Of a stretch of 64,000 bases of DNA, positions 40,601 through 52,526 are shown one piece after another. Position numbers and translations under genes: made by a program. Source of the stretch: Tubulanus polymorphus (Eukaryota; Animalia; Nemertea); NCBI RefSeq assembly GCF_964204645.1, contig NC_134026.1, positions 7,277,950 to 7,341,949 of the forward strand. Reading direction: 5' to 3'. How positions within the stretch are numbered: position 1 is the stretch's first letter; each line of letters begins with the position of its first letter. The notes beneath the pieces are model-generated. The model did not search any database. It worked only from the letters and a program-made list of their open reading frames with translations, and was not told the origin of the DNA.

Positions 40601-43600
40601 ATAATCCAGATACATGTATCAAAAATCCATTATGATAACGAAAAAAATGATATAAAGTCCGAAAATGTTTCAACATTTCAATATTCCTGGAAGACGACTA
40701 TTAGAATAATAGTCGAAACGTTGAATAAAGTATCAATATTCAAGGAAACCTTTCGGACTTCATATCATATCATTGTGAGGAATTCTCTACGTATTATGAT
40801 GCTTCCTGCCTGTAATTAAACTACCTGGGATAACAAGAGACTAACATATCATCGTCACAACACGGATGCAGTGTTTCTATTAATACTAATCCAAATATCA
40901 AATATAAAAATCTATTCTTTTGATATAAGTATAATGGCATTTTTATTCATCAATTTTCGTTAAAAATTCATATGAAAATAGAATAGAATATATCATATCA
41001 GGTCATATTATATCATGAATAATTGTAGACATTTCAACACAACTACAGAAGTGTCGTTTGAGTCTCGTCGAGTCGGGGAAATAATACAAATTGCGTGTCA
41101 AATTGTACTATCAAAATGTCACACATACAAAGTCACGCTGCGCGAAGATTCGCCTAAATTTGATTTACGAATGGAGCCAGTAAAATAATTTGATAGAATG
41201 TAACAGAAATAATTGATATAAATGCTTCACAGCAGCTGGGTGAAATTACGTCGCAGATTGAGAGATGGAGAAAGAGAGGGAGGGAGAGAGAGCTTCAAAT
41301 AAATATTCGTTCTGAGTTGAGATTTGACTCCACGAGAATTGATACATTGAGAATGAACTGATTTTGAGTCAAATTTAACAAAAGAGAACCTAGTCTGCCA
41401 CCCAGTTCAACAATTGCCAGTCACAAAGTTAACTCTAACTCACAACTGCGAAACTGGATTCTGAGTTCATTTTCGATGAGTTAATCGAATTCATTACTGA
41501 GGAGAGCGAGCGGCGGAACTGAATCCTGAACTGTTGGGCGGTGGATCCTGAACCTTGTCACCCGAACCTCAGATATATGTATTACTTGTCTGACACGTTC
41601 ACCATATGTTTATCACCTTCAGCATAATCCTCCCTCAGTGATTTGGATCCGGTGTTTGTCTTGCCATCAAACTGCGGATAAAAATCCGATCTCGGCAAAT
41701 AATGCAAATGTTAGACGATGCATATGTATGATATGTCTTGAATCTGGTCAGACGTCAAGGACACCACCACCCCCACTCCCCATTGCCCCCCTCCTCCTTG
41801 TCGCAGCTGTCTCTGGTGCTGACATATAATTCATTAACGTAATGCAAACATTTCGCAATGTGTGGATTTCGAGCGCTGGTTGAGAAAATAGCAGATGCTT
41901 ATTAGTTGATGACGTAAACCATTTAATTAGTTACAAATATTGGCTGCAGTCGCTCGTTGGTTAAAGATTACCGTTGGATGAATACCGCGGTAACAATGAA
42001 CTTTTAATTGTCACTATGTCAACTATCCACTGGTTAACTCTAACAACCAATTTTCCAGCATCTGGCCCCATGATCCAGTTCAAAAGTTGTCATTTGAAAT
42101 TTTACTTCATCTATTTGTTCACGCACGAGTATCATAGTGGCATGTACATTCTAGAAATAGGCCCTAATCTAGACTAAATGTAAGGTGCATGCATATCAAT
42201 AAATATCCGGCAGATTTGATAGTTACAATATTCGATTTGAAAGTGAGTTTCTCTTTAAACCATGAAGCGATTGAGAAGTTGAGGACCCAGTTCCACAGAT
42301 TTGACTCAAATATTAAGTATGTCATTCTAAATCAACTAAATTATATCAGATTAAACCAAGTTCCGTGGAGGAGGACACTATTGATATGGACCTTTAGGAA
42401 TAACTTATCATTGCATCAAAGTTTCCCTTACAGACTGTCTGTGATACCGAGGCTATAGAATCTTCAAAAACGACTCGCAACGTTTACTAGTTACCTAATA
42501 TTGAACTCATAACGATAGACCTAAATCGACTATCTAAATAGACAATGAATTTGACAGATGTGAATTTCGGTTGAGTGGAAATAAATTGATTTTCTGTAAT
42601 TTTAGATATAGCTATGAGCTGTCTGTTGCAGCTAAGCAGCACATGTCCGCGAGATTTGAGTGCTACTAATCTATGCATGAACTCTTCTCAATTTCACTAC
42701 GAATTAACTTAATTCTAATTTAAATGCGTTTTATCGCATTTCCCTTCAAAACACCATCAAAGATTCTCATGCGTTGGAAAATGATTATATACCGATTAAG
42801 CCGTAGACTTTATTGGAAATTCCATTTCTTTTCGCAACTGAAGACTGAAGGATGCCAATCAATGAACTATTTCTTTTTTTTAAGTTTCTAAAGTTTCTTT
42901 TCATAACAGCATAGAAAATGGACTAATCAGTTCAATACAGTAAACTTGCAGACAAATAGTACTGTGTCGGTTAGCTTGATTTCAGTGCATAAGCAGCTTC
43001 TTCAGGTAAATGAATCGTTTACTTGATGACGCTACTATAAATTAGTAGCGATAGCTCGTAATTTCTCGCTAATAACCTACGAATAACTATGTTTCTATGT
43101 TTTACTGATCTAACACCAAATTAACACAGCTCCTACGACTAATCTACACGTGGAAAACAACAAGAAATGTAAAAATGGACAAAATGACCTTCAACCTTGT
43201 AATACAGTTATTTCCAAATTCTCGATGTATTCAATTAGGCAGCCAACATAATTGGCCCCAATCAATCACATGCCCGTTCAGAATGTTCGGAAGATTGTTT
43301 GAATGAAATGAACTGAAACCGACATTTCCAATTCGATTTTGATGAAAAAAAATGCTGTCAATTATACCGCCGATCACAAAACTATTATCTGTACATCAAT
43401 TTGAAAATCAAACTATGTAACTAACCTTGTTTCTGTCACGGCAGGTGTGGTGGGTTTGAAAGGGACACAAAAACAAAAACAAAAAATCAAACGAAATTTA
43501 CCAATCAAATAAATGACAGGCTCAATCCCTATTTCATAAATTTCCACATTCCACCAAAACGCATCCCCTACACAACTCTACTGAATTCAATATGTTCAAT

Positions 43601-46600
43601 TTCACAGTAGACATTTTCTGCACCCACTGCAAATATCATTTTCATTTTTTCTTCACATCAATAACACTGTTTGGTTTTATTGCTATTTCATAGAACATTT
43701 TGCAGAGACAGTTCTCGCTTCAGTTTGAATGACATTTTTACATCTACTGTTATGTTCTAGTAGATCAGATCTGTGGGAATGTAATATTTCACATGGTCTC
43801 TCGATGATGCACGCGCTATGGAAAGTGTATTTTCTAATTTGAATAATGGTCCCGCAGTTGTATCAAACTAAACCTCGTTCAGTACAGGACGACGGTAAAT
43901 TGGTCAATTTGAACAAACTCTGTTTCACTTCATTGATAGCGATGATAGGTTTCCACTAAACCACGGCGCATAAATCATGAATGAATGTTTTTATGTAATT
44001 ACGGGGACAGAACGGATTATTCGCGCGCAGACAGTCGGGGGGAGAGGGGAGGGGCGCGCGACGGACGGGGATAATAGTTTATCTAATCATAAACCTTTTA
44101 TTTTAGAGTATGTGCCACTCGAGAGATTCATTCACATCACTTATTGAGGCCTAACTGTTATTTGATGATGTCGTATTATCAGTGGCTCGGTGTTACAATA
44201 TTCTCACTTGAATTTTACTCTTCATAAATTTCATTTTTAATCTTTTAGATTTGCATATAGTGGGGTATGAGCCCCTGTTAATAATCTCGATATAAGTGTG
44301 ATTGAGAGGTTATTTTCTAATCGCTGGGACAAAATTCTTGACATTTGTCGCGGGACGCGGAACAACCGATATTTTACCAGACTAGGGTACATTACACTCA
44401 TTTCCGCTTCTAATTTAAAGATAAGTCTTAGTCACAACTGTATCTTGGAAACAAACTGATTGTCACAGGTAATTATTCGACTCAAGCTCGAATTTCTCAC
44501 CAACCCCCCAAACGCCCCCACAATCCCCCCTCCCAGTGATTTCTAGTTATAAAACGCTATCAGCATATGCAGGGATGATACACAGATAAAACCGCTGAAC
44601 AAATTCAGCTTTATTATAAAATGCATAGAACTGGAATTGATTATTTAAAATTCCGAGTCAGATTAAATCTATGAATCATCGTCAATAAACTGTAAATTTA
44701 TACAGTAATAACACGTGTTTAGAGCTAACACAGCCGTTCCTTCCTGGGTCTGTCCCCAACCTATAACAACATACATAGAATCACTGCTCATAATCGCTCT
44801 AATCTTTATGCGCACCTTTCGATAAAAAATTTCAGTAGGGCGGGCCTGATTTCAGGTTTGATATCATGGAATAAACTGGTTCCACAGATCTGGTATAGGG
44901 GCCTATGTTTGGCTCATCAAACTTTGGTTCATTTTACTCATTTTACTTGTTCCACGAATTGCAGGAGTTAGGACCCCAGGACCCAGTTCACAGTACTGCA
45001 TGAGTCAGGACCCAGGACCCAGTTCCGCAGTACTGCATGAGTAAAGACCCCAGGACCCAGTTCCACAGTACTGCATGAGTTAGGACCCCAGGACCCAGTT
45101 CCTTAGTACTGCATGAGTCAGGACCCAGGACCCAGTTCCGCAGCGCCGAGTTGTGTGAAACAATTTTAGTTCATCTTAGATTCAAATTTTAAATCACAAT
45201 CTAGGAATTAGGCCCAGTTTCACCAGAAACCTCAGTGGCGTGACACTGGGATCGTAGAGAAACGTAAATCCCTAACCACTGGGACTGGGTGTGAAGGTCA
45301 ACTGTGATCACTGTCCATTATGCAGCATCGGAATTGCAAGGACTCCCTGAAAAAGGCTACAGATCTCAGATCAGGGTTTAATTCCAAAAATTCCACTTGG
45401 AATGGTTCCCATTTCGATTGAAATTCCCAAAGATATTTTACCAAATGGACTTTATATGAGAAATATATTTTTTGAAGGTGATTGTCATATAGTTGTGATA
45501 TGAATCTAATATATCAAATCGCATCGAATATATCATCCCGTGATCTAATCGTTACTTACTTGAGCGAGTGAGGAAGAGTTTGGAAACTCCAGGTATAAAT
45601 AAAGCTGATACTTCAACGAAACTTCGGCCTTTTTTAACAGTTGTGGATCGACGAAAACCTGGAATTGTTCCATCAGTGCTTTTTCGCGTTTGAAACTTTC
45701 AGCATATTCGTTATAAGCCGGTTTACAACACAGGTGAATGTCGTTATCATTGATACCCCAAAAATCCAGTTCGGCTCTAACTAGAGGACCGCACGTGCTG
45801 GCCGGAATGTGCAACTGTCCGGACCGATGGTAGTCTAAAACGAATCCGAATAATTTCGGATTCCTATCGAAGAAGTATTCCCCGAGTTCACGACGGTATT
45901 CCTCGTCCGTTTCGCGCAGTTGCGAGAGCTTGGAACCCGCGATTTTTTTCAGAGTCGACTCGTAAGTTTCGAATCGTTTCCCGCCGATGTTGAACACGAC
46001 AGTTTTCTCGGCTGCCGATGTCGTGAGTTCTGTATTTTTAATTTGTATTTCTAGATCTTTGGGTTTTTTGTTTTTAAAACAGCCTTGTGGAGCCGCGCAC
46101 GCAGCCATAGTATCACCCGCCTCTATGACGTTATTCGAAATCATCGAGTCAAGTCCTACATCTGTTTTATTATCTTTACTCGAACTATCCTCCATATTAG
46201 GCCTATATCTCGAGTTATCTCGATCGTAACGCACGTTTCGCAGTGGTATGACCGCTCTATCTCGACGATCCCTCCTCGTTATATCTCGTATTATCTCGTC
46301 GTTATCTCGATCGTAATCTCGTGATTTCTCGTATCTGCGCTTTTTATCCGTTACTACAATCCCGCAGTCAGAATCTCGAATATAACGTGGAATATCTCGA
46401 TGCCTTACTAAGACTTCTTTATGCCTATCTCGACCCACTGGAGGCGTCTCTTTTGGGCTATCTCGCCTTACTGGAACGTCTTTTGGGCTATCTTGCCTTA
46501 CTGGAACGTCTTTTGAGCTATCTCTCCTTACTGGCCTCTCTTCTGCCGACACCTCTTTTACGCTATCCCGCCTTATTGGTGCCTCTTTTGGGCTGTCCCG

Positions 46601-47329
46601 CTTGGTTGGTGATTCTTTTGGGCTATCCCGTCTTATTGGTGCCTCCTTTAGGCTATCCCACTTTGTTGGTGTCTCTTTTGGGCTATCCCGCCTTACTGGC
46701 GTCTTCTTTGGGCTATCCCGCCTTGCTGGTGTCTCTTTTAGGCTATCCCGCTTCACTGGTGCCTCTTTTGGGCTATCCCGCTTCACTGGTGCCTCTTTTG
46801 GGCTATCCCGTTTTGCTGGTTCTTCCTTTGGGCTATCTCGCACTGCTGAAATTCCTTTCGGACTATCTCGACCGATCTCACTATCTCGTATCTGGTCCGT
46901 ATCCGACAGACGCACTACTCGTTGACCCACTCGACTGGAACTCATTTGACGAGGTCCATCGCCGTTTGCGGTTACTTTATGACTAAAAGTTGCCGCTGCT
47001 GGTGCTCGCACTAACTTCACGACACCGATATGTTTGTTGTAACCTCCTGCTCGTATTGTTGCCGCGGCTGTATCTCCCGGGACGACTAAAAGTAACGACT
47101 GTTGTTGCTGTTGTTTAAACGTACAATCAGCTGCCGTCGCTTCAGGACCGCCGTTATAAGAGTCGCAATCTGTCACGTTTCCCGAATCTCGTAAACTCGG
47201 CTTCTGTTCTCTGAAAGCAAGTTTTGCCTCTTGTTTCCAAACTGCGTCGTCGCCGCCGCTGCCAGCAGCAGTGTTGTGTAATCCCGATGACGATTCGGTT
47301 GAATTTAAACCGCTATTACTACCTTCCAT
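34605..47329 (-). CDS. Shaw: Voltage-gated K+ channel subunit, Shaw/Kv3-like, divergent (likely regulatory/silent); 2 coding exons, about 887 aa
   Basis: Exon 1 (47329-45560): T1 domain VFNIGGKRFETYESTLKKI, YFFDRNP, HIPASTCGPLVRAELDFWGI...CC with the HX5CX20CC Zn site; donor CAA|gtaagt. Exon 2 (35498-34605): acceptor tgtag|GTATGG, S1-S6, S4 RLLQVLRIFRIFKLVK, pore WWAVTTMTKIGYGD, S6 ALAVPVITVNF. The phase-0 join gives EFPNSSSLAQ|VWAVTF across a ~10 kb intron. Confidence 0.9.
40415..40458 (-). ncRNA. Minimal hammerhead ribozyme motif (GACTAT subfamily), last unit of a 3-unit tandem array
   Basis: Minus strand TTC-CTGAAGA-T-GACTATA-TTAGGAT-TATAGTC-GAAA-A-GTC with a perfect 7-bp stem II. Degenerate sister units at about 40250-40277 and 40334-40372. 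Confidence 0.6.
40682..40727 (+). ncRNA. Minimal hammerhead ribozyme motif (GACTAT subfamily)
   Basis: TATTC-CTGGAAGA-C-GACTATT-AGAAT-AATAGTC-GAAAC-GTT-GAATA. Stems I and II are perfect; the core has one extra G. Flanked by the inverted repeat AAGTCCGAAA/TTTCGGACTT. Confidence 0.6.
43019..43061 (+). ncRNA. Minimal hammerhead ribozyme motif (GCTACT subfamily)
   Basis: TTAC-TTGATGA-C-GCTACTA-TAAAT-TAGTAGC-GATA-GCTC-GTAA. Stems I and II are perfect and stem III is palindromic; core variants are U3 and GAUA. An opposite-strand remnant lies at 42975-43010. Confidence 0.6.
44968..45142. repeat. ~35-bp tandem array derived from the MITE TIR
   Basis: About 5 copies of GGACCCAGTTCCACAGTACTGCATGAGTCAGGACCCA. 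Confidence 0.8.
46440..46870 (-). repeat. Coding 30-bp tandem repeat (RDSPKEAPV[KR])n in Kv exon 1
   Basis: 14 DS-[PLVS]-K units in the translation; DNA period 30 bp (GGGCTATCCCGCTTCACTGGTGCCTCTTTT). Confidence 0.9.
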
Positions 47330-48661
47330 AATCGTGCCGTAACAGGTGCCCGGAACAGGTGCACCTTGACTATATGAATGTATGTATGTTAATGAGTTCT
47401 CGATATTTGGGTTGAAATATTGCGCAAATCACCGCTAAATACAGAGCACGTGATGTCCGTATGGATGATACAGCAACCAGCAGTAGTACCAGCTGCGACT
47501 GCTGTCGTCGCGTATTCGACTCGATTTGACTCTCCGATCTGTTAGACTGGTTCTGTAAGTGATACGGAGAGCGCTAGGTGACGCGGTACCAGTCTCATAT
47601 ACCTGACGATGTAATTACCACCGTGCGCGCGGTTCACTTCACTGCATACTGCATGTTTTATTCAAAGCGGTGGGCGACTTGAGAAACGTTTTTCTTGCGT
47701 GGGAGGAAAATGTCTGCAATCATCCTTTTCAGCGTATACACATGGGTGGGAGGGATCAAGGCAAATGAAGACGAGCAGGTCAAGGCCGAGGTGAGGTGAG
47801 GAGGTCAAGGCGAAATATGCGGAGGTCAACTCCCCACACTGTCCCTCGTGGCGAGACGTTCAAGTTGGAAGCCTTCATCGTGGAAATATTTTCCACGGAT
47901 CTCCCAAGTGACTAACAGCAAAACGAACGGGATTCAATTAACTTGAACCCAAATGATCAGGAATCTCGGAAGAAAGATCATATAAAAATCACGTAGAATA
48001 GCGTATGATACAATTTTATTGAATATATATCAGATGGCAAAAATTACTCAATTCATATATATGAATATATATATAAATTATAAAAATGAAGCATGGAATC
48101 AAAATCTGTTTGATTTATTTGATATTCTGTATGAAAGAGTTGTCATATAAACATATCAGTCATCTTGATTAGAATGCTTATAATCTTGGTTAAGACTTTA
48201 TTAATCCGATCTTAGTTGTCGTTGGCACACTGCTAGAATAACACTCTATAAGAAACAATCACATCCGAACGCTTAACGCTTGTTAATTTACCCGTAGCCT
48301 GCAATAGGTCTGGGCATTCTGATGGAGGTCGCGTATACAGTCATGTGACGTGACATGACGCCGCTTTATTGACGGTCAAACACGACATGTGATTTACAGA
48401 ATGACAGATGATTCCAGTAATTTGTTAAAATGACCGAATTGTTGACAAAAGACATGAAATATGGAATAATTTCAGATATGGAATGTCTCCAAAACATGCA
48501 AACTATGACGTCATGTGTACAATCTATAATCATACATGTGACGTCACAGCGCGTCACGTTCACTGTCAAGAGCAAGCTAGTGGCTAACTGAAATTAAATG
48601 TCACTGACGGCCATGTTTACGTCCATTATATCGCATGAAAGTAATACGTATGAGTTATGTA

Positions 48662-48730
48662 CAGTCAAAGCTGGTTATAACGCCAGCCCCGGGACTGTCA
48701 AAATTGTGGCGGTATAACGAGCTTTGACTG
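48662..48730. mobile_element. Short Tc1/pogo-type MITE
   Basis: TA|CAGTCAAAGCTGGTTATAACGCC ... GGCGGTATAACGAGCTTTGACTG|TA, just downstream of the otopetrin stop codon. Confidence 0.7.
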
Positions 48731-48761
48731 TATTAGGCGACCTCTGGATGCGATGCGACCA

Positions 48762-50687
48762 CTATTGCACGGATAGATTCAAAGTGGGGCGATCTCCTCT
48801 GACTTTGAATCTGTGATAAAGCTCCATCGATACGAGAGCAGATTGGAAGCGGTAAAATAACGCGAACGGTGTCGATATCGCTACCAGACCCATCCACGTT
48901 GTGTTGCGCACGTATTCGCTTTGGTGGCGAGCAGCAATTTCAAGTTGCTTTTCAATGAAACTCGAAACGACCCAGCACGCAATGTTACTAGACCCCAGGA
49001 AGACCAGGACCCCCTGCACGTTATTTACACTTTTCAATTGCTCAATATTCGGTTTGTGTAACGACAATTGAATGAATAGAGTTGTCTGAAGCCAACATTG
49101 TATTAGACAGATTATTAAACCTGTACATTCTAATATTGCTAATTTGTGAAAAGATTTCCAATTGTCAACAGCCGAAATTATCCTCGTGTTTAGAAAGACA
49201 AAGTATCCCCCGATTGCCAAGAATAGAAGATATCGTTGAGTTTTGTGGTTATCTTCGGGGGAGGGAGTGTGTCTTTTTACTTGATGTAAACCGTACCAAC
49301 AAATTATTACCAAAATCGAATAATTCATTGTAGAAACGTAGTAAAAAGCGTCGTCTGAATGCGATTGGTTTGAAATCGCCATTGAAAGAACTGCGGTTGC
49401 AACATAAAACATGTTGAGAATTAGCGCCAGAACGAGTAGCGTTATAGGACGTGACGAACGCCGTAATGTGAGTAGGGGGCGCGCGCTGTCGTCATCACCA
49501 GGTGACTCGTCGTGAGAGGAAGTTTGATGAGACAGTAACCTCCTATGAGCACCGGGACGCCAGTTGCTGTAACCAGGAAGATGGCGGTCCCTGGAGATGG
49601 CAGCGGCAGTTGACTCCGATGAATCGTGATGGGAATCGGGATTGTTGTCTATTATATCAGCGTCTTCTGCAGGTTTTCTAAGATTGCCTTCCATAGATTC
49701 AGATTCAGTACTAGTATCGCCCGCGTCCACCGCCGCTGCTGCTGCTGCATCGCCTTCCGCGGCTCGATCATCTTCAGCAGCAAATCGCTCTGATGGAAGA
49801 TGCTTCATGTTACCGCATATAGTCAACACACATCCCGCCGCTAGTAGACAATATTCCAAATCAAACGGTGAAATAAACGGCGTAAACTTATCAAGATAAC
49901 GATCGATATTAGTCGTGCGGTTTATGCATTGACTCGTTACGTCATCGATAGTAATTTCGGTCTCTGCTGGTCTGAGTTTAGCAAAGTAAGACAAAGTCGA
50001 CACGCGTTTTTTGGTTTTATTTCCGGCATCGTAAATTTCGATCAAAGCCCAACTGCATAGATTACTCAACAGTAACGTGAACATAGCGTAGCGAATACCG
50101 ACCTTATTGTCAAAAACGGTTCCGGAAAACCGGGTCAAAAAGGTCAGCTCAACGGCGACGAAAATAATCTCAACGATGTGCCCCAATAAGTCGATAAGGA
50201 TGTCGTTGTAAGCGATAGAATGGTTGAAATATTGAAGCTTCGGTAAACAGATAATTCCGTGAGAAACCTCAAGAAAATCAAACAACAACGTGGTGCCTCC
50301 GAATACCCACAAACCGATGATAACGAACGGAACTCGATTCGCGTCGCAGATTCCGACCGCGTTCAATCTGTTCACCCATCTACAGCGGGTTCGACACAAC
50401 TGACGCTGCAGCAAGATAATCAACATCAAACAAATTACGACGCATTTCAATACGGTCATTCCTATTCTCAATAGATTTTCCGGTGGGATCGTGTTCCCTT
50501 TCGACGGTAGCTCCAGTTGGATCGATATACGCCAGACGATACCGGTAGACAAAGCAGCTATCAGAAACAATACGACTGAAGTTCTACCATCTTGAATTAA
50601 ACGGCGATGAACAGGTGCCCGTTCGTCTAATATGAATTTACCGGTAGTAAACGGCACGACGAATATAGAGTGAAGAATGGATTTCAT
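48762..50687 (-). CDS. Otop: Otopetrin-family proton channel homologue (single coding exon, about 641 aa)
   Basis: About 12 hydrophobic segments in two halves, with otopetrin motifs LLSNLCSW, FISPFDLEYCLLAAG (cf. YLYPFxIEYS), FLGSSNIACW, and PFALFYRFQS (cf. PxxIFYRFHS). The acceptor ttcag|GAG at 50705 suggests the ORF-track GTG start at 50795 is intronic; the first ATG after it is at 50687. Confidence 0.85.
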   Translation of the reverse strand: MKSILHSIFVVPFTTGKFILDERAPVHRRLIQDGRTSVVLFLIAALSTGIVWRISIQLELPSKGNTIPPENLLRIGMTVLKCVVICLMLIILLQRQLCRTRCRWVNRLNAVGICDANRVPFVIIGLWVFGGTTLLFDFLEVSHGIICLPKLQYFNHSIAYNDILIDLLGHIVEIIFVAVELTFLTRFSGTVFDNKVGIRYAMFTLLLSNLCSWALIEIYDAGNKTKKRVSTLSYFAKLRPAETEITIDDVTSQCINRTTNIDRYLDKFTPFISPFDLEYCLLAAGCVLTICGNMKHLPSERFAAEDDRAAEGDAAAAAAVDAGDTSTESESMEGNLRKPAEDADIIDNNPDSHHDSSESTAAAISRDRHLPGYSNWRPGAHRRLLSHQTSSHDESPGDDDSARPLLTLRRSSRPITLLVLALILNMFYVATAVLSMAISNQSHSDDAFYYVSTMNYSILVIICWYGLHQVKRHTPSPEDNHKTQRYLLFLAIGGYFVFLNTRIISAVDNWKSFHKLAILECTGLIICLIQCWLQTTLFIQLSLHKPNIEQLKSVNNVQGVLVFLGSSNIACWVVSSFIEKQLEIAARHQSEYVRNTTWMGLVAISTPFALFYRFQSALVSMELYHRFKVRGDRPTLNLSVQ

Positions 50688-51171
50688 AGTGCTTTGAAAC
50701 CGCTCCTGAAATATATGAAAAGTTTTCATTGAATATACGACGGGGCTTTGCCTCACGAATGGTAGGCTCGCTTCCTGTAGGGGGTCAAGGGGCACGTGAA
50801 GCCATTTTCTTTACGCCCCCTATTTTGGCGCTTGTATTTATCGTTTATTCGCCAGGTTCGTTGTTCAGTGCGCAAAGCTGAATCACTGAATGGAAATAGA
50901 GAAAAAACTTCTCATTCTTGAAGCCTTCAACTGCTAAAATTTTCAAAATCCATTTGTGTATCAATGAAATATGATAAAACACGCATCACAAATAGTTTTT
51001 TAAAAAGAGAACAAATAATGACCCAACAATACAGGAGAAAAGTACCCTTACAAAATGGCGGCTGCTAGTAACAACTGTAAAATTGTTTATTTTCTGATAA
51101 TAGTACGACGATGTTTTTTCTACCCCCACGGCAGTTGGCTAAAGGAAGGACACGGAAGAAGAAGTATAGCA

Positions 51172-51254
51172 CAGTAGAACCTCGTTGAGACGAATCTGTG
51201 GACAAAAGTGAAATCATCGTAATTAACGGGTTTCGTATTAACGAGGTTCAACTG
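51172..51254. mobile_element. Short Tc1/pogo-type MITE
   Basis: CAGTAGAACCTCGTTGAGACGAA ... TTCGTATTAACGAGGTTCAACTG|TA. Confidence 0.6.
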
Positions 51255-52526
51255 TACAATGTAAACTGTTTTGTCCTGAACATAAAACAAACTACATTTA
51301 TAATATTTAGATGTACAGTAAATAATCGATGTTTTGATCTTTTAGACTTGAGGACTGAAACCAGCAACACTTACCATGTTTACTTAACGGTTAATTATCA
51401 GGGTGTTGTACTGTAACGCAACTGATGATGAAGCAACTCGAGGCTCGTTGCTAATTATTTGTGATTTAGGAAGTTCACAGAAATCCATAGTTCATCGAAA
51501 GCGCTTTTTGTAAAACAAGGAAGTTTGTCTTCGTATAATGTTATATATATCGCTTATTATAGGTACCATACGAAATGATGGTTATTGAATAAAATCTGTT
51601 TTATGAATGAGCGTTATCTATCACATAGGTCACGAGCTGCTGAATCTGTTTCATTAATAAGAATTCAAGGCATCAATCAGATCACTTTTTAAGCCAGAGA
51701 TGAGTTTAAACCAGGGTCCAGTCCCAACGTTTAAACCTAAAAAACGGTTAAGTTTGAATCGATTTCCTCATTGAAAACATGAAATAACTAATAGAACCAA
51801 GTTCCGAGTCAATTTTTTCGTGAAATTGGACCTTGTGTGGCTGCCTAATCATGGTGAAGTCCACTGTCCGTCCAACATCCAATGTAAATTTAGGGCCAGG
51901 GTCATCATAAAAAGTGGTTCGAGTTAAGCAAAGAAAGGATAGAAAATTACTTTAGAAAGTCACACAAATGATTTTGTTTTTGTCCTAAAGGTCTCCACGA
52001 CCGCCCCCTCCCTGGTGAAGTCGTAATAAGACGAGGTTTGGGACGTTGAGGAAATATAACAGACCAGGAAAATAAATCTGTCGCCTTAAGTTTTGCGAGA
52101 AAGGAACGGATTCCATTGCTTATTAAAGGGCAGGGTAAGCGAATTGGTCATAAATAATTAAATAGTTGGTCAACGCTTAACTCTCCTTGTTGGCATAGAG
52201 GCTTAGAGTGCTGTCCTGGTAATCCAGAGGTGTCGGGTTTGATTCTATGCTAGATGAACGTTAAGTTTGAATTTATTTTTTGGGAAAAAAACAGAAAGAT
52301 TTCCTCCGCCCACGACTCCGAGATCCGATACTGTTCCGAATATTAAAAGATTTTGGACAGAGCTTATCAATAACTTTTTTATTCATCATTTTTCCATACG
52401 TCCAATACATTTTTTACATGTACTTAATGTATCTTTATCCACAAAGTTACATAAATAACTGCAAATTTCAACTTGAATATCAAAATTAAACCATCATAAT
52501 TTTCTCAAACGCTTTCGTAGCCAATA

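Noticed and set aside
43426-43432. Possible 7-nt microexon (gacag|AAACAAG|gttagt) in the Kv intron
   Set aside because: It would shift the frame between two phase-0 exons that already join correctly.
46321-46986. 221-aa plus-strand ORF with LLGYPA repeats
   Set aside because: Antisense shadow of the 30-bp coding repeat in Kv exon 1.
50706-50795. N-terminal 30 codons of the 677-aa otopetrin ORF
   Set aside because: Non-ATG start, located upstream of a good splice acceptor at 50705; probably intronic.
51421-51456. CTGATGATGA-A-GCAAC...GTTGC hammerhead-like stem
   Set aside because: It lacks the GAAA half of the core and stem I; too degenerate to call.
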